A DNA stretch of 29,746 nt from a virus (lineage: Duplodnaviria; Caudoviricetes): IMG/VR virus record IMGVR_UViG_3300032287_000344, positions 1 to 29,746 of that record, one strand, 5' to 3'. The notes beneath the pieces are model-generated. The model made no database searches. It saw nothing but the letters and a program-made list of their open reading frames with translations, and was not told the DNA's origin. The position numbers and the translations under genes were made by a program. Below are positions 8,248 to 16,420 of the stretch, piece by piece; the stretch's first letter is position 1; every line of letters starts with the position of its first letter.

Positions 8248-9285
8248 ATGGTGCAACCAACAACAAAGCAAGGGCCAAAGATGGAGTCCATTGGTGGTCA
8301 AGGCGCTACTGCGGGTGGAGGAGCAGCAGGTCGTGCTAGTAAGGCTGGCTCTACTGCTGCAAAGAAACCAAAAAGTTCTTTAAAATCAAAAGCAATAAAG
8401 GGAACAATTGGTGGCGCAATTCTTTATGGTGGAGCACAGGTTGCTCAAAATGTTTTTGGTTCCGATTCTGTTGACCCAACAGACCCTAATGCTGTTGCCG
8501 CTGCTGCCGTAGCGCAATATGCAGCAAGCGGTGGGGATGTAACCACCATGGTTAATAACCCAATGTTTCAACAAATGGGGTTAGATGCCAATTCTTTTGT
8601 AAGTAATTTTAGCACCTATCAACTTCCTACAACTGGTGGCGTGTATCTTGGAGAACAGCAGTACACTATGTCAGTTCCAAAAAGAGGAGCAAGAACTGGA
8701 ACTCGTCAAGTAACTGTCAGCGCATCTGAGTGGGAAAGACAATTCCCCATTGCTGACCCTCAGAAGTTAAACCAGTTTAAACAAAAACTTGTTGATGCTG
8801 GATTGGTTACACCATCTGCAGGTATTCAGGAATTACAAACAGAGTGGAAGCGCTTTGGTGAGTTTTCTTCTATGGCATACAAATCAGGAGAGAAACTTAC
8901 TCCAGACCAAATCATTGACATCCAAAGAGGTCTTTGGGGTGGTGGTTCTGGCGGTGGACCATCATATTCCCTGCAGTATTCTTCACCAGAATCCATCAAG
9001 GATGTTTACTCACAAACATATACAGCGCGTACTGGTAAAGTGCTTGACCAAGGTAAGCAAGATAAATTTGTCAGGTTTATTAACAAGTTGGAAGAAAATA
9101 AACCAACCAAGACTGAAACAAAAGTAATTAAAGGCAAGAAAGTTACCGTTACTACACCCGGTATAACTGGGGCAGAAATTTCTGCAGAAGCAGAAAAGCG
9201 GGCTATGCAAGACCCGCAGTACAAAGAATACCAAAATGCAACAGTATTTGGTGATGGTCTTTCAAAGGCATTGGGGATTAGATAA
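8248..9285 (+). CDS. Putative internal virion protein (345 aa)
   Basis: Tightly coupled ORF with a Gly/Ala/Lys-rich N-terminus and a short hydrophobic stretch; lies in the portal-to-scaffold block. Confidence 0.65.
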   Translation: MVQPTTKQGPKMESIGGQGATAGGGAAGRASKAGSTAAKKPKSSLKSKAIKGTIGGAILYGGAQVAQNVFGSDSVDPTDPNAVAAAAVAQYAASGGDVTTMVNNPMFQQMGLDANSFVSNFSTYQLPTTGGVYLGEQQYTMSVPKRGARTGTRQVTVSASEWERQFPIADPQKLNQFKQKLVDAGLVTPSAGIQELQTEWKRFGEFSSMAYKSGEKLTPDQIIDIQRGLWGGGSGGGPSYSLQYSSPESIKDVYSQTYTARTGKVLDQGKQDKFVRFINKLEENKPTKTETKVIKGKKVTVTTPGITGAEISAEAEKRAMQDPQYKEYQNATVFGDGLSKALGIR

Positions 9286-10223
9286 TGGCTATAGATAACC
9301 CATTTAGTAATGTACCTAATGCACAGGTAAAAGTAGATGATTGGGTAATCCGATTACTGCAAAGCACCCCACAACTTAAAGCAATATATGACCAAGTGCG
9401 CAATCCTGAAACTGGTGAGTTTTCTTATAGCGCAGATTACATTGCTCGGTTAATCCAAAATAGCGACTGGTACCTACAAAACGGACCAACTGTTGCAGCC
9501 CAAGTTGGTGCAAGAGTTAAGTATGGCGAAAAGTATTTTCAAGATGAAGTAAATAAATACAAGACATCTATATCTAGTTTAGCCAAAACTATTGGTTTAA
9601 ACATGGCAGACCCAATAGTGGCTGGTCAAATAGCAGTCTTTGCTGAGTCTGCTTATTACAACCAGTGGGATGCAGCAAACCTAGAGAACCAACTTGTTAA
9701 GCAACTTGGCAGCATGGCTCAGGGTGGTGCCTATGCAACAATGGCACAAGACATAAGCGACTATGCAAACCTTATGGGTTTTGTTCCATCGGAGAAGGAT
9801 AAGAAAAGTTACCAGACCAGACTTCTCGGAACTGTTGACCCGGTATCCGGCCTTCGCCTTCGTTCAACCGCTGATGAGATTAAGGCCGAGATTCGTGCAA
9901 ACTCTGCCAAGACATACGCGGTTTATTCAGACCAAATTAACGCTGGTTCTACCCTGTGGGATTTAACATCTGCCCAACGCAAGCGTGCAGCATCGCTTCT
10001 TGAGATAGATGAAAAATCTTTATCGTGGAACGACCCACTTCTTAAAGACGGAAAACTATTTGTATCTGTTGATAAAGAAACTGGCAAGTTGGCACAACGA
10101 CCAGTGTGGGATGTAGATGCAATGGTAAGACAGGATGAGCGCTGGCAGTACACAAACAATGCTAGAGCGACTTATGACAAGTTTACCTATGAACTTGGTA
10201 GAAGGATGGGGAAGATAGGCTAA
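9285..10223 (+). CDS. Putative internal virion protein (312 aa)
   Basis: TAATG coupling at both ends; helical composition; context. Confidence 0.65.
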   Translation: MAIDNPFSNVPNAQVKVDDWVIRLLQSTPQLKAIYDQVRNPETGEFSYSADYIARLIQNSDWYLQNGPTVAAQVGARVKYGEKYFQDEVNKYKTSISSLAKTIGLNMADPIVAGQIAVFAESAYYNQWDAANLENQLVKQLGSMAQGGAYATMAQDISDYANLMGFVPSEKDKKSYQTRLLGTVDPVSGLRLRSTADEIKAEIRANSAKTYAVYSDQINAGSTLWDLTSAQRKRAASLLEIDEKSLSWNDPLLKDGKLFVSVDKETGKLAQRPVWDVDAMVRQDERWQYTNNARATYDKFTYELGRRMGKIG

Positions 10224-11548
10224 TGGCTCCTAAGAAAAAAGCAACCCCGCCACCTGTTCTATTGGGTGGACAAACAGTAATTCCACCAGCACCAGAACCA
10301 TCTTTACAGGAACAACTTACTGCTCTTAAAAAGCAAGCAAAAGCAGCAAGTGCTGCAGTACAAGAGCAAGCAAATAAAACACAAATTACTATTGGAAAAG
10401 CAACAGACCCATTTTTGACACCTATTGCAGAAATGCAACCTTCTCTTGCTCCAACAATTAACAATAGTATTCTTAGCAACATTAATGCTTATGCAGCAGG
10501 TGCTGCAGTGGCTGGAAATTTAGATTACATATCTGCTGCTGGTTTAGCAGATGCTTTTAGCGCAAATCAAACAGGTACAACCCCAGTAGGAAAAACAATA
10601 CCCCCGGCAACAGTAACACCTGTACAAGCAGCACCAGCGCCATCAGCACCACCAGCGCCCACAGCAACACCCGTAGAAACACCAGCACAGCCTACCATGA
10701 CAGCAGAGCAAAGGGCTTCACGGGTTAAGGCTTCCGACAGGCTTGCTGCTCAAGTTAATGCGTGGGGCTTTCCTCAGATTGCTACTTGGCTTAACACTAA
10801 GATTATGGCTGGCGAAACAGAAGAAGCAGTCTTTGTTCAGATGTATGACCAACCAGAATATAAGACACGCTTCCCCGGTATGGAAGGCCTCCGCAAAAAA
10901 GGCAAGGCTATTACCGAAGATGCCTACATGAAAATTGAAGATGCTTATACTCAGACAGCACGATTCTTTGACTTACCTGCTGGCTTCTATGATGGCGCTG
11001 AGGACTTTGGTGATTTGATTGCCAAGCAGGTATCAGCCAAAGAATATCAAGACCGCTTACAGGCAGCACAAGATGTCGCCAAGTCTGCTGACCCAGCAAT
11101 TCGCCAAGCACTCACAGACTTGTATCAGGTTTCTGAGGGTGGCATTACGGCTTACTTTGCCAATGCAGACAAAGCGCTTCCTATTTTGCAGAAGCAAGCA
11201 AAGGCTGCTCAGATTCGTGGCATTGCTAGAACAGCGAAGTTTACTGACCTTGCTGCTGCTGGAACTGCTGCACTTGAATCACTTGCTGGAAGAGAAGCGT
11301 ATGCAAAACTTAGCGAAGCGCAACTTGCTCAAGGATTTGGTCAAGCAGATGTTCTCCGACAAACACAACAAAGACTTGCTGCTATTGAGGGAACAACCTT
11401 TACCGAGCAACAAGCATTATCTGCTGTAATTGAGCAGAATCAACAAGAACTTCTTGCATCGCAAAAACGAGCCCAGCGTGAGCAGGCTCGCTTTGGTGGA
11501 ACATCCGGTTTGACCGGAACATCTCTACGGAGCACCAACACCTTCTAA
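10223..11548 (+). CDS. Putative internal virion protein (441 aa)
   Basis: TAATG coupling; Pro/Ala/Thr-rich N-half, helical C-half (YKTRFPGM, EYQDR motifs). Confidence 0.65.
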   Translation: MAPKKKATPPPVLLGGQTVIPPAPEPSLQEQLTALKKQAKAASAAVQEQANKTQITIGKATDPFLTPIAEMQPSLAPTINNSILSNINAYAAGAAVAGNLDYISAAGLADAFSANQTGTTPVGKTIPPATVTPVQAAPAPSAPPAPTATPVETPAQPTMTAEQRASRVKASDRLAAQVNAWGFPQIATWLNTKIMAGETEEAVFVQMYDQPEYKTRFPGMEGLRKKGKAITEDAYMKIEDAYTQTARFFDLPAGFYDGAEDFGDLIAKQVSAKEYQDRLQAAQDVAKSADPAIRQALTDLYQVSEGGITAYFANADKALPILQKQAKAAQIRGIARTAKFTDLAAAGTAALESLAGREAYAKLSEAQLAQGFGQADVLRQTQQRLAAIEGTTFTEQQALSAVIEQNQQELLASQKRAQREQARFGGTSGLTGTSLRSTNTF

Positions 11549-11556
11549 ATAGAATC

Positions 11557-11668
11557 CTCCTCTGACCGACCAGCCCAGAGGGGTGTAGAAGTCTGGTAGC
11601 AATAGCCAATTCGGATTCCCCTATCCGTGTTGTGGATTGCGAATACAACTAACAAGGGAGATAGGTAG
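11557..11668 (+). promoter_or_regulatory. Structured RNA leader upstream of the scaffold gene (pseudoknot plus hairpin able to pair with the RBS)
   Basis: Stem 11557-64/11576-83; its loop ACCAG pairs with CTGGT 11593-97; second stem GCAAT/ATTGC enclosing CGGAT/ATCCG with loop TCCCCT complementary to AAGGGAG (11654-60). Confidence 0.55.
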
Positions 11669-12124
11669 ATGACTACCAACTATCACGATGACGAAGATGA
11701 TGACTTCAATGACCAAGGTCAGGATGCCATCACGCAACTACGCAAGGTAAATAAAACGCTGGAAAAGCGTGCTAAAGAACTTGAACAGGAGTTGAACAAT
11801 CTGCAGAAGCAGAATCGTCAGCGTACTGTCAAGGATGTACTACAGGCAAAGGGAGTTAATCCAAAGATTGCCACATTTATTCCGTCAGATGTTGATACCT
11901 CAGAAGAGGGCATCAGCGCTTGGCTCAATGAGTATGGCGATGTCTTTGGTATGGAACAGTCGGAAGAAAAGGCGAAAGCCCCGGCTCAGGACCTAACTGC
12001 ACAACACAGAATCACAAATGTCGTTTCAACTGGTCAAGCACCAGATATTGACGAAGATGCTTTATCAAAGATTCTTAACGCAGGAAACCCCGCAGAACTT
12101 AACCGCATCCTTGGTATTTCTTAA
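11669..12124 (+). CDS. Capsid scaffolding protein
   Basis: Acidic N-terminus, coiled coil (LRKVNKTLEKRAKELEQELNNL), directly upstream of the major capsid gene. Confidence 0.75.
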   Translation: MTTNYHDDEDDDFNDQGQDAITQLRKVNKTLEKRAKELEQELNNLQKQNRQRTVKDVLQAKGVNPKIATFIPSDVDTSEEGISAWLNEYGDVFGMEQSEEKAKAPAQDLTAQHRITNVVSTGQAPDIDEDALSKILNAGNPAELNRILGIS

Positions 12125-12158
12125 CTAACTACCAATCACACCACAGGAGGTGGACTAA

Positions 12159-13334
12159 ATGGCATATACAGACACAACCGCTATGGCTGGTTTAATTAAA
12201 ACCGCTTATGACCGTTATGTTGAATTTGCCCTGCGTAATCAGCCAATGGTTCGTTCCGTTGCTGACAAGCGCCCAGCACAGCAAGCAATGCCGGGGTCAA
12301 CCGTTGTATTCTCACTTTACAACGACCTATCGGCAGCAACTGCAACTCTCGGAGAAACATCCGATGTTGATGCAGTAGCACTACCAGATGTATCAACTGT
12401 TAGCGTAACCCTTGAGGAAAAGGGCAACGCTGCTCTTGCTACCCGCAAGTTACAGTTGTTCTCACTCTCCGATGTTGACCCAGCAATTGCTGACATCATC
12501 GCTTACAACATGGCTGACTCACTTGATAAGTTAGCAATGGAGCCACTCCGTCAAGGAACCAATGTTCTTTACGCTGGCAACACTGCAACCTCAACCGCTA
12601 CCATTTCGGCAGCATCAACCATTGACTCTGCAGACATCCGCAAGGCTGTTGCAAAGATGCGCTCCAACAAGGCCGTTCCACGCGAGGGCAACCTCTACTG
12701 GGTCGGTATTCACCCAGAGGTTTCGCATGACCTCCGCGCAGAAACCGGCAATGTCGGTTGGCGCGACATCCACGCTCAAACAGATGCCGGTCAAGGCAAT
12801 CTCTGGGCTGGAACAATTGGAACCTATGAGGGTGCTTTCTTCGTAGAAACATCCCGTATGTACTCCGCAAAGGATGGTGCTGACCAAACAGCACTCACCA
12901 CAACTGCCGTTACCGTTGCCGGAAGTTCTGCAGGTTACACCCTTGGTGTTTCCGCAACTTCCGTTATTGGAACCCGTGCAGAGGTTGGCGACAAGATTTC
13001 AGGAACTGGTATCGCTACAGGTGCAAAGATTACTGCACTTTCAGTAAGCGGTGGCACTGAAACAATCACTGTTGACCTTCCACACACTGCTGCAGTTACA
13101 GCAACCACAGTTGTTACAGTAACTCCAGTAACTCGCAACTTCCGTACAATCGTTGCCGGAAAGCAAGCACTTGCTGAGGCCGTTGCACAGGAGCCAAGCG
13201 TTGTTATCGGACCAGTTACCGATAAGTTGATGCGTTTCCGACCAATCGGATGGTACGGCGTACTCGGATTTGCTCGCTACCGCGAAGCATCCTTGTACCG
13301 TATTGAGTCCGGTTCTTCAATCGCAGCACTCTAG
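12159..13334 (+). CDS. Major capsid protein (HK97 fold, N4-gp56-like family) with an inserted beta-rich domain
   Basis: SD AGGAGGT at about 12145-12151; motifs MPGSTVVF, VTLEEKG, IHPEVSHDLR, GTIGTYEGAFFVET, DKLMRFRPIGWYG; followed by a terminator-like hairpin. Confidence 0.88.
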   Translation: MAYTDTTAMAGLIKTAYDRYVEFALRNQPMVRSVADKRPAQQAMPGSTVVFSLYNDLSAATATLGETSDVDAVALPDVSTVSVTLEEKGNAALATRKLQLFSLSDVDPAIADIIAYNMADSLDKLAMEPLRQGTNVLYAGNTATSTATISAASTIDSADIRKAVAKMRSNKAVPREGNLYWVGIHPEVSHDLRAETGNVGWRDIHAQTDAGQGNLWAGTIGTYEGAFFVETSRMYSAKDGADQTALTTTAVTVAGSSAGYTLGVSATSVIGTRAEVGDKISGTGIATGAKITALSVSGGTETITVDLPHTAAVTATTVVTVTPVTRNFRTIVAGKQALAEAVAQEPSVVIGPVTDKLMRFRPIGWYGVLGFARYREASLYRIESGSSIAAL

Positions 13335-13345
13335 TCGCAATTAGT

Positions 13346-13375
13346 AGAGGGGCAGGGTGCAAGCCCTGCCTCTCT
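13346..13375 (+). terminator. Intrinsic terminator-like hairpin after the capsid gene (13-bp stem, GCAA loop, no U-run)
   Basis: AGAGGGGCAGGGT-GCAA-GCCCTGCCTCTCT, including two G-U pairs. Confidence 0.7.
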
Positions 13376-13390
13376 CTAGTAAGGAAACTA

Positions 13391-13651
13391 ATGACTCAAT
13401 ATAAATTTACAACACCAACAGAACTAGAAACACCTGCTGGCGGTGGACCATTATTTGAGCGCATTGGTTTACATCGTGGCATCAGCGTTTTACGCACAAA
13501 TGGGATATACTCTTCCTATAGATACCCAGGCTTAACTGAGGTCAACGCAGCGCAAGAAGTCTATCTTGGTGGGCGTGAATACATAATTGAAGAAGCAACA
13601 AAAGATGCTTTAACTGCACAAGGATACGGCGAGTACATAACGGAACTATGA
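13391..13651 (+). CDS. Hypothetical protein (86 aa), head-associated region
   Basis: SD AAGGA at 13381; ATGA overlap with the next gene. Confidence 0.7.
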   Translation: MTQYKFTTPTELETPAGGGPLFERIGLHRGISVLRTNGIYSSYRYPGLTEVNAAQEVYLGGREYIIEEATKDALTAQGYGEYITEL

Positions 13652-13968
13652 CAACACTACATCAAATACAAAAACATCCTGAGTATGTAGAAGGTTGTTT
13701 TGGTTGCAAGGTATCCACACTAGAATTATCCACCGGCGATGCTAACGCAAAGAAGTCAATGCCAGAGAAAAAGTGGAACGCTGAACTAGATGCCTATAAG
13801 CAAGCAAGAGCGCAAGGCATCCAACCAAACGGAACCACAATGAAAGACATTGATGCTGCTAAGAAAGCATCTGAGAATCTAGGCAGAGCATACGATGGAA
13901 ATAGTATGCCAAGTGCCAAGAAAATCAATAAGACACTTGCTACGACAATGAATCAGTTAGGGATGTAA
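13648..13968 (+). CDS. Hypothetical protein (106 aa) with H..H..CxxC putative Zn site
   Basis: LHQIQKHPEYVEGCFGCK; coupled to both neighbours. Confidence 0.7.
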   Translation: MTTLHQIQKHPEYVEGCFGCKVSTLELSTGDANAKKSMPEKKWNAELDAYKQARAQGIQPNGTTMKDIDAAKKASENLGRAYDGNSMPSAKKINKTLATTMNQLGM

Positions 13969-14531
13969 TGACAACAATAATCGGTGTTCAGGGTAATGGC
14001 TGGGCGCTGATAGCAGCAGATTCAAAATTAGTTTATGGCACGCAGCCTTTCTATGCTAAACAAATGGATAAAGTTGTTAAGCGTGGTGAGTATGTGTTCG
14101 CATTTGCTGGGGATGCTATGGCTGGAGATATTGCCAATCACCTTTGGACTCCACCCAAAGTTAGCAAATCGCTAGACCCAGACACATTTCTAATGTTTAA
14201 ACTATTGCCCTCATTAAAAGAAGCATTTGCTTCTGCAGGGTATGACCCTAAGCAAGAGAGCAAAAAGGATGAATCGGGCTTTGATGCCCTTATCGCCTTT
14301 AGCGGAAGAATCTACCAAATCACCTCAGACTACGCATGGATGAGGGATGACAACAAATTGTTTGGCATCGGCTCTGGTGGCTCCTATGCCCTTGGTGCTT
14401 TAGTTGCAATGAAAGCAAACACAAAGAGCATAAAGATGGCAACTCAAGTTGCCAAGCGTGCAATACAGATTTCCAGCCAGTATGACATTTACACGGGCGG
14501 GGAAGTAAAGGTTATCACTACTAAGGAGTAA
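13968..14531 (+). CDS. Proteasome beta-subunit/HslV-like N-terminal-threonine (Ntn) protease
   Basis: After Met removal: T1, D17 (AADSK), K34, G47 (FAG), GIGSGG and DIYTGG match the catalytic layout of 20S beta/HslV subunits. Confidence 0.85.
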   Translation: MTTIIGVQGNGWALIAADSKLVYGTQPFYAKQMDKVVKRGEYVFAFAGDAMAGDIANHLWTPPKVSKSLDPDTFLMFKLLPSLKEAFASAGYDPKQESKKDESGFDALIAFSGRIYQITSDYAWMRDDNKLFGIGSGGSYALGALVAMKANTKSIKMATQVAKRAIQISSQYDIYTGGEVKVITTKE

Positions 14532-14533
14532 TT

Positions 14534-14683
14534 ATGTGCGTTGAGTGCGGATGCTATGGCGCTGTGAATCCCTACGGGATTGGTGGGCGTGATGTAAATA
14601 AGCCACCAGTACAAGCAACTGTAAAGAAGTCAACCGTTTCCAAGGCTAAGAAGATGGAGATGGAATATGAAGAAGATGACTAA
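14534..14683 (+). CDS. Small protein, 49 aa, N-terminal CxxCxC (not in the ORF track)
   Basis: SD AAGGAG 14523-28; MCVECGCYGAVNPYGIGGRDVNKPPVQATVKKSTVSKAKKMEMEYEEDD. Confidence 0.7.
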   Translation: MCVECGCYGAVNPYGIGGRDVNKPPVQATVKKSTVSKAKKMEMEYEEDD

Positions 14684-14834
14684 TAAGCAAACTAAAGTCA
14701 AGAAAGTTATGAAAGAATACAAGTCTGGAACCCTGCACTCAGGCAAAGGTGGTCCAGTTGTTACCAAGCGCAAGCAAGCCGTAGCAATCGCAATGAGCGA
14801 AGCAGGCATGGCAAAAAAGAAAAAGAAGATGTAA
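14676..14834 (+). CDS. Small basic protein, 52 aa, DUF6496-like (not in the ORF track)
   Basis: KVKKVMKEYKSGTLHSGKGGPVVTKRKQAVAIAMSEAG matches the DUF6496 pattern as I recall it; overlaps both neighbours. Confidence 0.75.
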   Translation: MTNKQTKVKKVMKEYKSGTLHSGKGGPVVTKRKQAVAIAMSEAGMAKKKKKM

Positions 14835-15091
14835 TGAAAGATGCACGCCTAACCCGTGCCGGAGTATCCGGCTACAACAAACCAAAGCGCACTCCAAGCC
14901 ACCCAAAAAAATCTCATGTTGTGGTAGCCAAAGAAGGCAGCCAGGTAAAACTCATCCGCTTCGGACAACAGGGAGTTACTGGGGATAGGCAACCTTCGGC
15001 ACGGCAAAAGTCCTTTAAGGCTCGCCATGCCAAGAACATTGCTAAAGGCAAGATGAGCGCAGCATACTGGGCAGACAAGGTGAAATGGTGA
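14834..15091 (+). CDS. Small basic protein (85 aa), conserved phage hypothetical
   Basis: TAATG coupling; KLIRFGQQG..RQKSFKARH..SAAYWADKVKW, a pattern I recognise from aquatic phage proteins. Confidence 0.75.
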   Translation: MKDARLTRAGVSGYNKPKRTPSHPKKSHVVVAKEGSQVKLIRFGQQGVTGDRQPSARQKSFKARHAKNIAKGKMSAAYWADKVKW

Positions 15092-15246
15092 AGAGCAAAG
15101 CATTTTGGGATAAACCAAATCCAAAGAAGAAGTCAACACCCCTTACACCAGCACAAAAGACCAAGGCTAAGGCCATGGCTAAAAAGGCTGGTCGTCCTTA
15201 CCCGAATCTAGTAGATAATGCAGCAGCAAAGAGAAAGGCTAAGTAA
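15085..15246 (+). CDS. Small basic protein, 53 aa (not in the ORF track)
   Basis: MVKSKAFWDKPNPKKKSTPLTPAQKTKAKAMAKKAGRPYPNLVDNAAAKRKAK; fills the gap exactly with overlaps at both ends (alternative start GTG 15088). Confidence 0.7.
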   Translation: MVKSKAFWDKPNPKKKSTPLTPAQKTKAKAMAKKAGRPYPNLVDNAAAKRKAK

Positions 15247-15512
15247 TGGCCACAGGAGTCGCTGGAAGCACCCTTACAGGTGAACTCAACCGCCTTGCTG
15301 GTATCACCAGCGTTAGTGCCTTTAAAGCCCCACAGGGGGCTGCTAATGCCTATGCTGGAACCTCTGGCTTGGGTATTGTAGGAGCGCTTAACTACAAGGC
15401 TAGTTCTACCCGTCAGCCTTCTGCCTATAAGGGTTTAAACGCAGTATGCAATGAACTTGCTGGAACCACTGGCAAGTCAGCCGTAGATGCTTTGAGGTCA
15501 ATCAATATATGA
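15246..15512 (+). CDS. Hypothetical Ala/Gly-rich protein (88 aa) with internal repeats
   Basis: Repeated N-x-x-AG[TI]-type units (LNRLAGI, ANAYAGT, LNYKASS, CNELAGT); coupled to both neighbours. Confidence 0.7.
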   Translation: MATGVAGSTLTGELNRLAGITSVSAFKAPQGAANAYAGTSGLGIVGALNYKASSTRQPSAYKGLNAVCNELAGTTGKSAVDALRSINI

Positions 15513-16414
15513 GTACATTTAACCAACTCACTGAGCGCGTAGATACGCTGCTGCATGGCTACAGTTTAAACACTGAGTCAACCACTTGGCTTACCACCAG
15601 CGCTACAAGCACCAGCACTACCCTTACGGTTTACGATGCTGGTCAGATAGGTAGAGGGTATATCCAAATTGGGGATGAAATACTCTATGTTAACAATACG
15701 GACAATGTTAACAATACGGTAACTATCGCTCCATGGGGCAGAGGACAACGTGGTACTACTCCTGAAACTTTTACCTCAAACACTAAAGTAACAGTAGCGC
15801 CATTGTTTCCACGCAATGAGATTAAAAGGGCTATTAACGACACCATCAACGCAATGTACCCACAGGTATTCGGAGTGGGGCAGACAGAGTTTTCTTATGT
15901 CGCAGCCAAGACCACTTATGACTTGCCAGATACAGCAGAGTCAATTCTTTCTATCACACATCAGGTGATTGGCCCAAGCAAAGAGTGGTTCCCAGTACGA
16001 GGTTTTCAATTTGACCGCACAGCCAATCCAACTGCATTTGGTACCGCTGGTGCGCTTGGTAAGAGCATCAGCATTTTTGGTGCCATCACGCCAGGAAGAA
16101 CAGTTAGCGTTGTGTACTCCAAGCGCCCAACTGTATTAACAAACGGCAACGATGAGTTCAGCACTGTAACTGGACTGCCTGACTATGCAGAAGATGTAGT
16201 TATCTACGGAGCAGCGTTCCGTATGATTTCCTTTCTTGACCCATCTCGCCTTGGCCCATTATCTGCAGAAGCAGATTCTTTGGACAATCAACGCGGTGGC
16301 CGTGCTGGAGAATCCGCAGCGCGTTTCTTGTTCAATATCTATCAAACCCGTTTAAACGAAGTATCGGCAAATATGAATCGCCAATACCCAGTTCGTTCCC
16401 ACTACCAAAGGTAA
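15509..16414 (+). CDS. Putative head-tail adaptor (tail tubular protein A-like) with an inserted beta domain
   Basis: STFNQL N-terminal helix, IKRAINDTIN..YP, YDLP, LPDYAEDVVIYGAA and C-terminal helix resemble podovirus adaptor proteins; position before the fibre gene. Confidence 0.55.
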   Translation: MSTFNQLTERVDTLLHGYSLNTESTTWLTTSATSTSTTLTVYDAGQIGRGYIQIGDEILYVNNTDNVNNTVTIAPWGRGQRGTTPETFTSNTKVTVAPLFPRNEIKRAINDTINAMYPQVFGVGQTEFSYVAAKTTYDLPDTAESILSITHQVIGPSKEWFPVRGFQFDRTANPTAFGTAGALGKSISIFGAITPGRTVSVVYSKRPTVLTNGNDEFSTVTGLPDYAEDVVIYGAAFRMISFLDPSRLGPLSAEADSLDNQRGGRAGESAARFLFNIYQTRLNEVSANMNRQYPVRSHYQR

Positions 16415-16420
16415 GGTAAA

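Noticed and set aside
11557-11640. Assigning the scaffold leader to a known riboswitch or HDV-like ribozyme
   Set aside because: I could not map the conserved core nucleotides of any named family; kept only as an unassigned structured RNA.
15687-15719. 15-nt direct repeat ATGTTAACAATACGG twice with an 18-nt period
   Set aside because: Simple in-frame micro-duplication (VNNT-DN-VNNT) in a loop; only two copies.
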